A stretch of DNA of 64,000 bases from Patescibacteria group bacterium (GCA_024654625.1 JANLHB010000005.1:7191-71190); one strand, 5' to 3'. Counted from the stretch's first letter, positions 17,652 to 28,192 are shown. Made by a program: numbers and translations. Notes: generated by a model not told the origin, from the letters alone.

Positions 17652-17673
17652 ATTGTTTGTGTCGTTTGCCTGT

Positions 17674-17910
17674 TTACGCGGCGCGTTCTTGGTCGTTTCC
17701 AAATGTTTCGTCGGCAGGTATATGCACTGTTCCGTCCGGGTTTAACGCGTGTCTTGCGCTAAGTTGTTCTTTAGTTTTTTGAGAGAGACCTACTTCTCTT
17801 TTATCCATCTCTTCTTCGGACTCCTCTTTCTTTTCAGTAGATACTTCTTCTGCTTCATTTTTAGGTTCCTCTTGTCTTTTGTTTCCAAAAATATTTTCTA
17901 TTCCAAACAT
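17674..17910 (-). CDS. hypothetical small acidic protein
   Basis: ORF only. The protein is Glu/Lys-rich and has no recognisable motif. Confidence 0.25.
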   Translation of the reverse strand: MFGIENIFGNKRQEEPKNEAEEVSTEKKEESEEEMDKREVGLSQKTKEQLSARHALNPDGTVHIPADETFGNDQERAA

Positions 17911-18098
17911 AATTGATATTGTTAAAAATTGTTAAATTTATGGTTCTCGACCTTAATAATGATAATTTATAATTATTTTTTGCGCTAAATTAGCGTGGCT
18001 TATATTTAAAAATTATAGCTGTTGCCAAAAATTATGGCAATCATCACATTGGGATAACCGGACTTCAATTTTCTTTGTTTTATGGTAAAATCAAGCTT

Positions 18099-19427
18099 AT
18101 GCAACGAACATTAATTAAAGATATTAAGGATAAAGTGGGGGAGACAGTCTTGCTTTCGGGTTGGGTGGATATAAGGCGCGACCACGGCAAGCTTATATTT
18201 ATAGATCTTCGCGATACCTCGGGCAAGGTGCAAATGGTTGTTTTGCCTAATCATGAAGAGGCGCACAAGGTGGGAAGCGAAGCTCGCTCAGAGTGGGTGG
18301 TGGAGATAGAAGGTGTAGTAAATAAAAGACCGGAGAGAATGATAAACGTTGATCAGCTTTTGGGTATGATGGAGATAGAGGTTTTAAATATCAAGGTACT
18401 GTCAAAAGCGGAAGAGATGCCTTTTGAGAAAGGGGCCGATATGAACTTGGATACCTACTTAAATCATCTTCCTCTTACGCTTCGTGACGAAAAGAAAAAA
18501 GCTATTTTCAAAGTGCAGTCTAATATAATAAGAGCCTTTAGAAATTTTTTTACAAAACAGGGTTTTGTGGAGATACAGGCCCCTAAGATAATAGGGGAAG
18601 ACGCTGAGGGTGGAGCGAATTCTTTCAGTTTTGACTACTTTGGTCATACGGCTCACTTGGCGCAAAGTCCTCAATTCTATAAGCAGATAATGGTGGGTGT
18701 GTTTGAGAAAGTCTTTTCAACCGGAAATGTGTATAGAGCGGAGAAGCATAGCACCACGCGTCACTTAAATGAATACACTAGCTTAGACATAGAGATGGGC
18801 TTTATAAAAGACCATACTGACGTGATGGAGATAGAGACAAAAATGCTCGCATACATTTTTGAAGAGTTAAAGAAAGATAGTAGTGAGGAGTTTAAATTGC
18901 TGGGGGCGGATATTCCAGATGTGCCTGAAAGTATCCCTTCTCTCAAGCTAAGAGAAGCGCAAGAGATAATTAAGAAAGAGCACGGAGTGGATTGTGGAAA
19001 TGAGCCTGACTTAGAACCTCAACACGAAAGATGGATTGCCGAGTATGTCAAAAGAGAGCATAATTCGGATTTTATCTTCATAACTCATTTTCCTCTATCA
19101 AAAAGACCGATGTATACTTATGAAGATGAGAAAGACCCTGGCTATGCAAACGGTTTTGATCTCTTGTTTAAAGGGATAGAGATAACGACTGGTGGACAGC
19201 GTATCCATGAATACGACAAGCTCGTTTCTTCTATAAAAAACAAAGGATTAGATCCTGAGAAGTTTAGCTTTTATCTACAGGCTTTCAAGTACGGCATGCC
19301 TCCGCATGGCGGCTTTGGTATGGGGCTTGAGAGGCTGACGGCCAAGCTCTTAAACTTGGCTAATGTTAAGGAGGCAACCCTCTTCCCTCGAGATTTAAAC
19401 AGGATAGATTCTCTTCTTTCTGAATAG
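18099..19427 (+). CDS. aspS: aspartyl-tRNA synthetase, class IIb (archaeal/short type); AsnRS cannot be excluded
   Basis: N-terminal OB fold (GWV...RDHGKLIFIDLRD), motif 2 and GGFGMGLERL motif 3. The likely start is the internal M (MQRTLIKD). Confidence 0.7.
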   Translation: MQRTLIKDIKDKVGETVLLSGWVDIRRDHGKLIFIDLRDTSGKVQMVVLPNHEEAHKVGSEARSEWVVEIEGVVNKRPERMINVDQLLGMMEIEVLNIKVLSKAEEMPFEKGADMNLDTYLNHLPLTLRDEKKKAIFKVQSNIIRAFRNFFTKQGFVEIQAPKIIGEDAEGGANSFSFDYFGHTAHLAQSPQFYKQIMVGVFEKVFSTGNVYRAEKHSTTRHLNEYTSLDIEMGFIKDHTDVMEIETKMLAYIFEELKKDSSEEFKLLGADIPDVPESIPSLKLREAQEIIKKEHGVDCGNEPDLEPQHERWIAEYVKREHNSDFIFITHFPLSKRPMYTYEDEKDPGYANGFDLLFKGIEITTGGQRIHEYDKLVSSIKNKGLDPEKFSFYLQAFKYGMPPHGGFGMGLERLTAKLLNLANVKEATLFPRDLNRIDSLLSE

Positions 19428-19474
19428 CCAATAATACTGGTAAAATCGTTTTAAAATGGTATTATCTAAGACGT

Positions 19475-20191
19475 ATGGACGAAAATATAGGTCAACCTTA
19501 TAAGGTAAAAGCAGGGGAGTTTGAGGGGCCCTTTGAGCTTCTCTTGGAGCTTATTGAAGAGAGGAAATTATCTATAAATGAGATTTCTCTTACTGACGTT
19601 GCCGATAAGTATCTTGAGTATATTAAGAATCTAAAAGATTTTCCTATAGATGAGGCGGTCGGCTTCTTACATGTGGCTTCGACTCTTATGCTTATGAAGT
19701 CGCGCTCTCTCTTGCCTAGCCTTAAGCTGACTGAAGAGGAGGAAGAGAGTATCAGCGACCTTGAGGAGAGGCTTGTAGTCTACCGAAGGATAAAATTACT
19801 AGGACAGAATATTAAAGATAGATTTGGGAAAAATGTTCTCTGTAACAGGGAACCTTTCTCAGGCATACAACCGGAGTTTGTAGAGCCGGTTGGTATTGAG
19901 ACTGCCACTTTGTTTGAGGCGATGAAAAAAGTTTTAGTAAGTCTGCCTATTAGAGAGATAATCCCTGAAGCGGCCATCAAGAAGGCTATCAGCTTGGAAG
20001 AGAAGATAAGGGACATAGTTTCAAGGATAGAGGACGGAATAAAGATGAGTTTCCATGATTTTAACAAAGAAGGGCAAGAGAAGGGAGAGGTGATAGTGAA
20101 TTTTCTTGCAGTGCTTGAACTTGTGAAGCGAGGGTTGGTGCTGGTGGATCAGGAAAATAATTTTGGAAATATTGATATTATGAAAGCGTAG
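19475..20191 (+). CDS. scpA: segregation and condensation protein A
   Basis: FEGPFELLLELIEERKLSINEISLTDVADKYLEY. Confidence 0.75.
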   Translation: MDENIGQPYKVKAGEFEGPFELLLELIEERKLSINEISLTDVADKYLEYIKNLKDFPIDEAVGFLHVASTLMLMKSRSLLPSLKLTEEEEESISDLEERLVVYRRIKLLGQNIKDRFGKNVLCNREPFSGIQPEFVEPVGIETATLFEAMKKVLVSLPIREIIPEAAIKKAISLEEKIRDIVSRIEDGIKMSFHDFNKEGQEKGEVIVNFLAVLELVKRGLVLVDQENNFGNIDIMKA

Positions 20192-20294
20192 GGTGTTTTA
20201 TTAACTTATTTGTATTATGTTTATGGCATTTTCTGATTTTTTATAAGTTCTCAGTTTGAATAAATAATTATCAAATTTAATAAAATAAGACGGG

Positions 20295-20918
20295 ATGAAT
20301 TTAGAAAATAAAATCGAAGCAATACTTTTCATGAAGGGGGAGCCCCAGAGTATTAAAAGTTTAGCGAGTCTTCTGAAGTTAACGGAAGCTGAGGCAGGGG
20401 AGGCGGTCTTGAAACTCGCAGAAAGCTTGAAATCCCAAGGAAGAGGGATTAGGCTCTTAAGGAAGGACGATTCGGTAATGCTTGCCACTTCGCCGGAGGC
20501 GGCAGATGTGGTAAGAGAGATGGCAAAAGAGGAGTATGACTCTAAACTCTCGCCAGCGGCTGTTGAAACGCTTGCGATTATCGCGTATAAAGGACCTATC
20601 ATAAAGGCGGAGATAGACTATATAAGAGGAGTTAATTCCGGCTTTATATTGAGAAATCTCTTGATAAGGGGGCTTATTGAGAGAGTGACAAACCCTAGTG
20701 ACCGCAGGGCTTTCTTGTATCGGCCAAGTTTTGAACTATTGCAGTTTCTTGGAGTTGATAACGCGGGTGATCTGCCGGAGCATAAAGAATTCAACGAAAA
20801 GATGGATGAATCTGTCGCCGGTATGCATGAAGTGGAAAAGAAAATGGACGAAACATTTAAAGAGCTTGAAGAGGATTTGGCTAACACCGGTATAAATATA
20901 AATGAAACGAATTCATAA
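20295..20918 (+). CDS. scpB: segregation and condensation protein B
   Basis: GPIIKAEIDYIRGVNSGFILRNLLIRGLIERV. Confidence 0.75.
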   Translation: MNLENKIEAILFMKGEPQSIKSLASLLKLTEAEAGEAVLKLAESLKSQGRGIRLLRKDDSVMLATSPEAADVVREMAKEEYDSKLSPAAVETLAIIAYKGPIIKAEIDYIRGVNSGFILRNLLIRGLIERVTNPSDRRAFLYRPSFELLQFLGVDNAGDLPEHKEFNEKMDESVAGMHEVEKKMDETFKELEEDLANTGININETNS

Positions 20919-21798
20919 GATAATAATTATAATTATTGCTGTAGCGCTCTTGTTTGCGTTGTTGTTTCTTCTCTTGCCGGCGCGTAAAATAAGCGACGAC
21001 ATAGCTTATCGCGCAGAGAAAGCAGATCCGTTTGCGAGTATAAGTATTGAGGCGAAGGCGGTGTATGTCTTTGATATTGTAAAAGGCGAACCGATTTTTG
21101 AATTAAATAAGAATGCCCAACTCCCGCTCGCTTCTATAGTGAAGGTGATGACGGCTTTAGTAGCTTCAGGCGAAGCTCTGCCGGGTACTATTGTAGAGAT
21201 AAGTGGAGAGGCAATACAAGAAGTAGGGGATGATAACTTGTTAGTCGGTGAGAGGTGGCGACTCTCTGATATTTTGGATTTTACTGTTGTTAAGTCGTCA
21301 AACGATGGCGCTTCGGCATTGGCTCAGACAGTAAGCGCTTTCTCTTTCGGCGGGGATAAAGAAAGTTTTATAAATAAGATGAACGAGCTTGCCAAGGAGA
21401 TCGGCTTGGAGCAGACATACTTTCTTAATGAGACAGGCCTTGATGTGAATAGAAACATTTCCGGCGCTTATGGTTCGGCTGAAGATGTGGCGAAGCTCTT
21501 TGTCTATGTGTTGAAAAATAATCCCAAGATATTAGACGCGACACAATACTCTACACTTGAAGTCAGCTCTAAAGAGATGAAGCACAACATAGTAAACAGT
21601 AATAGATTAACCGCTTCTGTCTCAGGTATACTGGCTTCAAAGACGGGTTATACAGATTTGGCAGGAGGGAACTTAGCGGTCATTTTTGATGCCGGATTTA
21701 TGCATCCGGTGGTGGCGGTAGTCCTTGGTTCTTCTCAAGAGGGGAGGTTTGAAGATATGGAAAAAATAATGGAGGCCACTCTCACACGCCTCAAATAA
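20902..21798 (+). CDS. D-alanyl-D-alanine carboxypeptidase (S11, PBP5/6-like)
   Basis: SxxK (SIVK), SxN (SSND) and KTG (KTGYT) motifs. An N-terminal TM anchor. Confidence 0.65.
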   Translation: MKRIHKIIIIIIAVALLFALLFLLLPARKISDDIAYRAEKADPFASISIEAKAVYVFDIVKGEPIFELNKNAQLPLASIVKVMTALVASGEALPGTIVEISGEAIQEVGDDNLLVGERWRLSDILDFTVVKSSNDGASALAQTVSAFSFGGDKESFINKMNELAKEIGLEQTYFLNETGLDVNRNISGAYGSAEDVAKLFVYVLKNNPKILDATQYSTLEVSSKEMKHNIVNSNRLTASVSGILASKTGYTDLAGGNLAVIFDAGFMHPVVAVVLGSSQEGRFEDMEKIMEATLTRLK

Positions 21799-21850
21799 TC
21801 AAAAGGTCTCACCTTTTTGTATAGATCAAAGATGAGACCTTTTTGTGGGG

Positions 21851-21879
21851 TTGACAAAATAATATAAATATATATAATT
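21851..21879 (+). promoter_or_regulatory. sigma70-like promoter TTGACA-16/17-TATAAT upstream of the GC-rich gene at 21978
   Basis: ttgacaaaataatataaatatatataatt. It is preceded by small aaaggtctcaccttt hairpins. Confidence 0.45.
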
Positions 21880-21977
21880 TAGTTTGAATTTGTACATTGA
21901 AAAAGTGATTTTTCCTGCCTGCCGGTAGGCAGGTATTTATGCAGTAAAATCTTAAACCGAAAAACGGAGGGTGGATT

Positions 21978-22958
21978 ATGAAGAGATTATTGATTAAGGA
22001 AAAGAGGATAGAAGGATTATATGAAGTAGCACTCGGCCTTGTAACCATCGACAGTGTGAAGTATTCTGTAGATTTGATAAGAAAGGTTATATCCGTCAAG
22101 GATAATTTCCTTGTCGGCAGTATAAGGGCCGATGATAAAGAGATCTGGCACTTTAAAAATGCCAGATACAACGGCATTTGTGTCGTCACGGAAGTTGACG
22201 ACACAGTCGTCCTTTGTTTCCTCTCTCATAGCAACGAGCTCGAGTGGATAGTGCCACTTGAGCACCTGCGTGATTCGCAGATTATTGATGGTGAAATGGT
22301 CACCGCGATGGACGTGGGGGAGAGGCTTATCCTTAAGCAGGCCGCGGCAAAAGAGATCGGCGCCGTAGTTAAGCTTTCTCCGCTGGAGGAAAAAGTCTCG
22401 TCTTATCTTTCCGTGAAGCGGAGGGAGAAGGAAGAGGCAGAGAGACTTGAGAGGAGCCGTCTCAAAGAGGAGAGGCGCGCTGAGATAATGGCGCGTGAGA
22501 GCATCTCGGCGTATACTGAGACCGGCGCTGGTAGGTTTGGTAAGCCGGTCACAGCTGACGAGTGGCCGTGTCTGCCGAACGGCACCCGGGTCATCCTCGT
22601 CGAGAGCTTCAACAAGGAGACGGGCGAATGTGGCCCGACCAGAGAAGCCTTTATTATAAGGAAGGGAAAAGGAGGCAGGATAGAGAAAGAGAACGCCTCC
22701 GAGGTGGCGAGCGAGCGTCCGGCGCCTAAATTCGTCGAAGTTAAGGCGAAGAAGGTCATAATCGTCGATATGGACGGGGCCATGAGACAGATCCCCGTCT
22801 ATAAAACGACGGAGGAAATAGAGCTGGCCAAGAAAGCAGGCTTGAACGGAGGCTCAATGGTGACCTCCGAGGACCAGAGGGATGAGAAGGGGAGATATCT
22901 CATATCGTCCCTTAAGGGTCCGGTGGAGAAAAAACTGGGGTCCTTCATGCCCCTGTAA
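21978..22958 (+). CDS. hypothetical protein (GC-rich relative to the genome; likely horizontally acquired)
   Basis: A 326-aa ORF with no recognisable motif. It is followed by a very strong terminator. Confidence 0.35.
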   Translation: MKRLLIKEKRIEGLYEVALGLVTIDSVKYSVDLIRKVISVKDNFLVGSIRADDKEIWHFKNARYNGICVVTEVDDTVVLCFLSHSNELEWIVPLEHLRDSQIIDGEMVTAMDVGERLILKQAAAKEIGAVVKLSPLEEKVSSYLSVKRREKEEAERLERSRLKEERRAEIMARESISAYTETGAGRFGKPVTADEWPCLPNGTRVILVESFNKETGECGPTREAFIIRKGKGGRIEKENASEVASERPAPKFVEVKAKKVIIVDMDGAMRQIPVYKTTEEIELAKKAGLNGGSMVTSEDQRDEKGRYLISSLKGPVEKKLGSFMPL

Positions 22959-22982
22959 CAAGCTCAAAAACACCCTCCAAAA

Positions 22983-23027
22983 CCCCACCTGTTAAACACC
23001 CAGTGTTTAACAGGTGGGGTTTTTTTA
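22983..23027 (+). terminator. rho-independent terminator (17-bp stem plus T8)
   Basis: ccccacctgttaaacacccagtgtttaacaggtggggttttttt. Confidence 0.75.
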
Positions 23028-23076
23028 TTTTTATCCCTTTTGAATATTTGAGGGAAGAGTGGTATAATTTAGCCTA

Positions 23077-24135
23077 ATGATTATAGACGTCTTTAAAGTT
23101 TTCGTGCCAGCTACAGTGGCTTTTTTCATAGGTATTCTTTTAGCGCCGCTTCTGACGCATTATTTGTATAAATATAAGATGTGGAAGAAAAAGGCGCGGA
23201 CAAACGGTCTTGGGGGCGGAGGGACGCCTATTTTTAACAACATCCACAAAGAAAAAGAGGTTGGCACTCCTCGTATGGGTGGTATCTTGATCTGGAGTAG
23301 CGCGCTTCTAGCAATAATTATTTTTCGGTTGTTATCGGTAATATTTTCAAATCCGCTCGCTCTAAAGCTCGATTTCTTAAGCAGGTCTCAAACATGGCTT
23401 CCGATTTTTACTCTTTTTGCCGGGTCTATGGTGGGGCTGGCAGATGACCTTTTAGTTATTTATGGCAAAGGGAAATATATCGCCGGCGGACTTAAGTTAT
23501 CAGAGAGGATAATAATGGTCCTTGCCATAGGGGCTATCGGCGCTTGGTGGTTTTTCATAAAGCTCGGTATCTCTAGTATTCTTGTCCCTTTTTACGGAGA
23601 AGTTTCGCTAGGTCTTCTTTTTATCCCGCTTTTTATGATTATGATGTTGGCGCTGTTTTCAGGCGGAGTGATAGACGGCATAGATGGCCTGTCGGGCGGA
23701 ATTTTTGCAGCAATTTTTTCCGCTTATGGGGGGATAGCCTTTTTTCAAAATCAAATAGACTTAGCGGCCTTCTGCGCTGTGGTGGCAGGCGGAATTTTAG
23801 CATTCTTATGGTTTAATATACCGCCGGCGCGTTTCTATATGACAGAGACGGGTATTTTAGGGCTTACTACCGCTATTACAGTAGTCGCTTTTTTAACGAA
23901 GGCAGTTGTGGTCTTGCCGATAATCGCTTTTCCTCTTTTTGTGGCTTCCGGTTCGGTTATTATTCAAGTCACTTCAAAGAAGTTTAGAAACGGCAAAAAG
24001 GTATTTTTAGTCGCGCCTATTCATCATCATTTTGAAGCGTTAGGCTGGCCTTCATATAAAGTAACAATGCGTTTTTGGATTATAAGTATTATATTCGCAA
24101 TCATCGGGATGATTATAACGCTAGCGGGGAAATAG
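23077..24135 (+). CDS. mraY: phospho-N-acetylmuramoyl-pentapeptide transferase
   Basis: Polytopic membrane protein. GLADDLL, NIPPARFYMTETGILGL and HHHFEALGW motifs. Confidence 0.7.
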   Translation: MIIDVFKVFVPATVAFFIGILLAPLLTHYLYKYKMWKKKARTNGLGGGGTPIFNNIHKEKEVGTPRMGGILIWSSALLAIIIFRLLSVIFSNPLALKLDFLSRSQTWLPIFTLFAGSMVGLADDLLVIYGKGKYIAGGLKLSERIIMVLAIGAIGAWWFFIKLGISSILVPFYGEVSLGLLFIPLFMIMMLALFSGGVIDGIDGLSGGIFAAIFSAYGGIAFFQNQIDLAAFCAVVAGGILAFLWFNIPPARFYMTETGILGLTTAITVVAFLTKAVVVLPIIAFPLFVASGSVIIQVTSKKFRNGKKVFLVAPIHHHFEALGWPSYKVTMRFWIISIIFAIIGMIITLAGK

Positions 24136-24156
24136 ATTAATAGTTATAATAAAATA

Positions 24157-25725
24157 ATGGCTTACTATTCTATCTTGATAAAAAATGGCACAGTCTTTGA
24201 TGGAAAGGGAAATACCGGTGTTAAGACAGATATTGGCATTTCCGGTGACGAGATAAAAAAAATAGGCAACTTGTCTGGCGCTACAGCCGATGAGGTTATA
24301 AATGCCGAGGGTAAATATGTTTGCCCTGGTTTTATTGATACAACCGCTCATTCAGATACTCATTTTACGCTTTTTTCTTCGCCAAGGCAGGAAAGCTTTT
24401 TTCGGCAAGGCGTGACAACAATTGTCGGAGGCAATTGCGGGTCGTCTCTCGCGCCTCTTTTGTCTAAAGATGCGACAGAGAGCTTGGCTAAATGGACGGA
24501 CATATCAAAGATTAATGTTAACTGGCGCACGGTTGGCGAGATGCTTAATGAACTTGATAATCACAGACTGGGAGTTAATTTTTGCACTTTAGCGGGTTTT
24601 GATACTTTATATAAATCTATTGTAGGAGAATCAATAGAGATTAATGACGATATATTAAAGCAGTTAAAGCTAGTCTTGAGAAATTCTATTAAAGAAGGGG
24701 CTTTTGGCTTATCTGCTTCTTTGAGCGCCGAGAGTATTAGTCAGATCGGAGATGATAATTTTATTGAGATATTGAAAGAAGCGGAGGATCGCGGCGCTTT
24801 AGTTAAACATCATCTTGAAGATGAGGGTAAGAACATTTTACCGTCTCTTTCAAAAGTGCTTCATTTGGCTCGTAATTCCGGAGCAAGGACGCAGATTTCT
24901 CATTTTAAGGCATTAGGGAGGAGTGCTTGGAGTGTCTGGCCGCAGAGCCTTGAGATGATTAGGACTGCCAGAGAAGACGGGGTGGATATAATATGCGATT
25001 TTTTCCCTTACACGCGTACAGGTTCAAGTTTATTTGATTTTTTGCCTCTTTGGATCAAGAAAGAGGGGAGAGAAAAAATTTTAAAAATTTTAAGAGCTCA
25101 TGATTCAAACGAAAGGAAGGATTTGCTGACTTACTTAAAGAGCCTTACTTTGCATTATGACAGAATAACTATAGCTTCAACCTTGCATGATTTTTCAAGC
25201 GTTGGTAAAACCATAGAGAGTCTCGCTTTAGAATCCGGCTTAAGCGGGGAGGAAGTTATATTGAATCTTTTGGAGGTGAATAATCTCCATGTGTCTATAT
25301 TTAGTGAAGTAATAAGCGAGAAAAATATAGAGGATTTGGCAAAAGAAGATTATTCAATGGTTGCCTCAGACGGAGTTGGCTATGATGTTTCAAGTAACAC
25401 TTCAGAAATAATGAAAGACCTTGCGCATCCGAGATCTTTTGGCGCTTTTCCGCGATTTTTAAACACTTTTGCCAAAAAGGGGATTATCAGTTGGGAGCAG
25501 GCTATATATAAGATGACGGCTCTGCCGGCTAAAGCCTTAGGGCTTAAGGACAGAGGAGCTATCGCTAAAGGAAATTATGCTGATATTGTCATATTTGATC
25601 CGGAAGAGATAGAGGATCAATCTACTTATGATGCTCCTTATCGCTTGCCTCTTGGCATAGAGAGAGTGCTTATAAACGGCAAGTCGTCTTTTGAGATGGC
25701 AGGCAGGGTTTTAAGGTATAGATAA
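24157..25725 (+). CDS. amidohydrolase-family enzyme (D-aminoacylase / N-acyl-D-amino-acid deacylase-like)
   Basis: The N-terminus IKNGTVFDG...ISGDEIKKIG...VCPGFIDTTAHSD fits the metal-dependent amidohydrolase 3 pattern. Confidence 0.55.
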   Translation: MAYYSILIKNGTVFDGKGNTGVKTDIGISGDEIKKIGNLSGATADEVINAEGKYVCPGFIDTTAHSDTHFTLFSSPRQESFFRQGVTTIVGGNCGSSLAPLLSKDATESLAKWTDISKINVNWRTVGEMLNELDNHRLGVNFCTLAGFDTLYKSIVGESIEINDDILKQLKLVLRNSIKEGAFGLSASLSAESISQIGDDNFIEILKEAEDRGALVKHHLEDEGKNILPSLSKVLHLARNSGARTQISHFKALGRSAWSVWPQSLEMIRTAREDGVDIICDFFPYTRTGSSLFDFLPLWIKKEGREKILKILRAHDSNERKDLLTYLKSLTLHYDRITIASTLHDFSSVGKTIESLALESGLSGEEVILNLLEVNNLHVSIFSEVISEKNIEDLAKEDYSMVASDGVGYDVSSNTSEIMKDLAHPRSFGAFPRFLNTFAKKGIISWEQAIYKMTALPAKALGLKDRGAIAKGNYADIVIFDPEEIEDQSTYDAPYRLPLGIERVLINGKSSFEMAGRVLRYR

Positions 25726-25734
25726 TGCATTATT

Positions 25735-26832
25735 ATGACACGGAAAAAATATGATAAGGTTTTTTTAGCATCTTTTTTATTTTTAGTCTTAGGCGGATTT
25801 TTAATTTTTTCCTCATCGGCGATGGGTCTTCTTGCAAGAGACGGCGCTTCTTTTTATAAAATACTTATAAAACAGTTTGTAGTAGGATTTTTGGCCGGAG
25901 GCGGAGCTCTTCTTTTAGCTTATAAAATAGATTATAGGAATTGGAAAAGATTTGCCATATTTATTTTTGTATTTTCATTTTTAGTTTCTCTTTTGGTTTT
26001 TGTTCCTCAGCTTGGGTTTAAGCATGGCGGCGCAAGAAGGTGGATTGATTTGGGTTTTACTTCATTTCAGCCGTCGGAATTTTTGAAACTTGGATTTATA
26101 ATATATTTCTCATCTTGGCTTTCTAATCATAAAAAGGAAATTGATTCTTTGAAGTCCGGGTTGATACCTTTTTTACTGATGGTCGGGTCAGTCGGGCTTC
26201 TTTTGGCGGCTGAGCCTGACATAGGAACTCTTCTTGTAATTGTTATGTCGAGCGTTTCTATTTTTTATATAAGCGGAGCGAGTATAAAACAGATTCTCAT
26301 TTTTATTCTTGTCGGGCTTGCTTCTTTTGTGGCGCTTGTTTTCACGAAGCCATACCTTATGAATAGGATGATGGTCTTTTTGAATCTATCTAATGACATT
26401 CAAGGGATCGGCTATCAGCTAAAACAATCTCTTATTGCTGTCGGTTCAGGCGGTTTATATGGAAGGGGATTTGGAATGAGTATTCAGAAATTTAAGTATC
26501 TTCCCGAGCCGATTGGTGATTCTATTTTTTCAGTGACGGCTGAAGAGTTTGGATTTTTAGGCTCGATTATTTTAATAGGCGCGTTTCTTTTTTTCTTATA
26601 TAGAGGTCTTTTGATCGCATCTCGCGCGCCTGATATATTTGGGAGGCTTCTTTCGGCAGGAATTATAATTTTAATAGTAGGCCAGTCTTTTGTGAATATA
26701 GGGGCCATGATAGGGATACTTCCTCTTACCGGGCTACCTCTTATCTTCGTCTCTCAGGGTTCTTCCGCCTTTATATTTGCGATGATTGAAGTGGGGATAT
26801 TGCTCAATATCTCAAAACATACTTCACGTTAG
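25735..26832 (+). CDS. ftsW: SEDS-family peptidoglycan glycosyltransferase FtsW/RodA
   Basis: Ten predicted TM helices. PSEFLKLGFII and SIFSVTAEEFGFLGS motifs. It sits between mraY and murG. Confidence 0.7.
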   Translation: MTRKKYDKVFLASFLFLVLGGFLIFSSSAMGLLARDGASFYKILIKQFVVGFLAGGGALLLAYKIDYRNWKRFAIFIFVFSFLVSLLVFVPQLGFKHGGARRWIDLGFTSFQPSEFLKLGFIIYFSSWLSNHKKEIDSLKSGLIPFLLMVGSVGLLLAAEPDIGTLLVIVMSSVSIFYISGASIKQILIFILVGLASFVALVFTKPYLMNRMMVFLNLSNDIQGIGYQLKQSLIAVGSGGLYGRGFGMSIQKFKYLPEPIGDSIFSVTAEEFGFLGSIILIGAFLFFLYRGLLIASRAPDIFGRLLSAGIIILIVGQSFVNIGAMIGILPLTGLPLIFVSQGSSAFIFAMIEVGILLNISKHTSR

Positions 26833-26873
26833 ACCACTTTTTTAAATATTAAAAATAAGGTATTATATAGAAT

Positions 26874-28010
26874 ATGAAAATCGTTCTTACCGGAGGCGGA
26901 ACAGGCGGTCATTTTTACCCGCTTATAGCTGTTGCCGAGGAATTAAACAAGATAATAGACGAAGAAAAGCTTATTAATACAAAACTTATTTATATGTCCG
27001 ATGATCCTTATGACAAGAGATTGCTTGATGAAAAAGATATTAAGTTTAGAAAAATAAGCGCAGGGAAGATTCGCCGTTATTTTTCTTTGCTCAATATAAT
27101 AGATTTCTTTAAGATTATTTTTGGCACTCTAAAAGCAATGTGGAATATCTATACTGATTTTCCTGATGTCGTGTTTGGGAAAGGAGGGTATGCCAGTTTT
27201 CCTGTGCTTTTTTCGGCAAGATTCTTCAGAATTCCTGTTGTTATACATGAGTCTGATGCGGTGCCGGGAAGAGTGAATAAGTGGGCTTCAAAGTTTGCCA
27301 GAAGAGTAGCAATCTCTTTTTCTGAATCAATAAATTATTTTCCTGAGAAGACAAGGAAGAAGATAGCGGTTGTTGGAAATCCGGTCAGGGAAAATCTTGT
27401 TCGCCTGCCTAAAGAAGGATTTAGTGAATTTCTAGAGCTTGATAAGAGTGTACCGGTCGTCTTCATCTTAGGCGGTTCGCAAGGGGCGCAGAAGATAAAT
27501 GATATTGTCGTTGATATGGCAAGCGAGTTAGCCGCTAAATATCAGGTTATCCACCAGTGCGGAAAAAATAATTTTAAAGAAGTTGAAGGAAGAGCGGCTG
27601 TAGCCCTTGAAAAGTCTCCTTTTAAAAACAGATATCGCGTTTTTGGATTTCTAAATGAGTCGGCCATGAAGATGGCCGCCGCCGCTTCAGATATTATTAT
27701 CTCACGAGCCGGATCATCGGCGATATTTGAAATTGCCGCATGGGGAAAACCAAGTATACTTATCCCTCTCTCCGGTTCGGCGCAAGACCACCAAAGAGAA
27801 AATGCTTATGCTTTTGCCAGGACAGGCGCATCGGAAGTGATTGAAGAAAAGAATTTATCCCCGCATATATTGCTTTCTGAGATAGGCAGGATTTTGTCTC
27901 AGAAAGATCAATTGGAGGATATTAAACATAAGGCCAATCAGTTTTATAAGCCTGAGGCGGGACGCCAAATTGCAAGGGAGATAATCAACCTTGCGCTTGA
28001 ACATGCATAG
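26874..28010 (+). CDS. murG: UDP-N-acetylglucosamine--N-acetylmuramyl-(pentapeptide) pyrophosphoryl-undecaprenol N-acetylglucosamine transferase
   Basis: VLTGGGTGGHFYPLIAVAEEL. Confidence 0.8.
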   Translation: MKIVLTGGGTGGHFYPLIAVAEELNKIIDEEKLINTKLIYMSDDPYDKRLLDEKDIKFRKISAGKIRRYFSLLNIIDFFKIIFGTLKAMWNIYTDFPDVVFGKGGYASFPVLFSARFFRIPVVIHESDAVPGRVNKWASKFARRVAISFSESINYFPEKTRKKIAVVGNPVRENLVRLPKEGFSEFLELDKSVPVVFILGGSQGAQKINDIVVDMASELAAKYQVIHQCGKNNFKEVEGRAAVALEKSPFKNRYRVFGFLNESAMKMAAAASDIIISRAGSSAIFEIAAWGKPSILIPLSGSAQDHQRENAYAFARTGASEVIEEKNLSPHILLSEIGRILSQKDQLEDIKHKANQFYKPEAGRQIAREIINLALEHA

Positions 28011-28093
28011 GAGGGTATCGAGGGTCATGGTCGGTAGAAAATAAAAACACATCCACCTTTCTGGTCCTCTGAATTAATAAGCAAATTATTTTC

Positions 28094-28132
28094 AAACTTA
28101 TTTAACGACCGCACAAAAAGTTTGAAAGTTTT
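28094..28132 (+). repeat. direct repeat 1 (39 bp) flanking the 28193-28771 gene; it reads ...FKLI* in frame, i.e. it looks like a displaced gene 3' end
   Basis: aaacttatttaacgaccgcacaaaaagtttgaaagtttt here, against aaacttatttaacgaccgcacaaagagttagaagatttt at 28759-28797. The first 24 nt are identical. Confidence 0.7.
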
Positions 28133-28192
28133 CGTGGATGTTATATAATATACATGTGCAGGTAGTTAATATTAAGTTGTTGAATAATTAAT

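Noticed and set aside
28131-28140. ttcgtggatg upstream of the 28193 gene resembles the kinase-fragment terminus ttcgtggagttg. I considered a seventh kinase remnant.
   Set aside because: Only an 8-mer matches. The flanking sequence shows no further similarity. It is a chance match in the promoter region.
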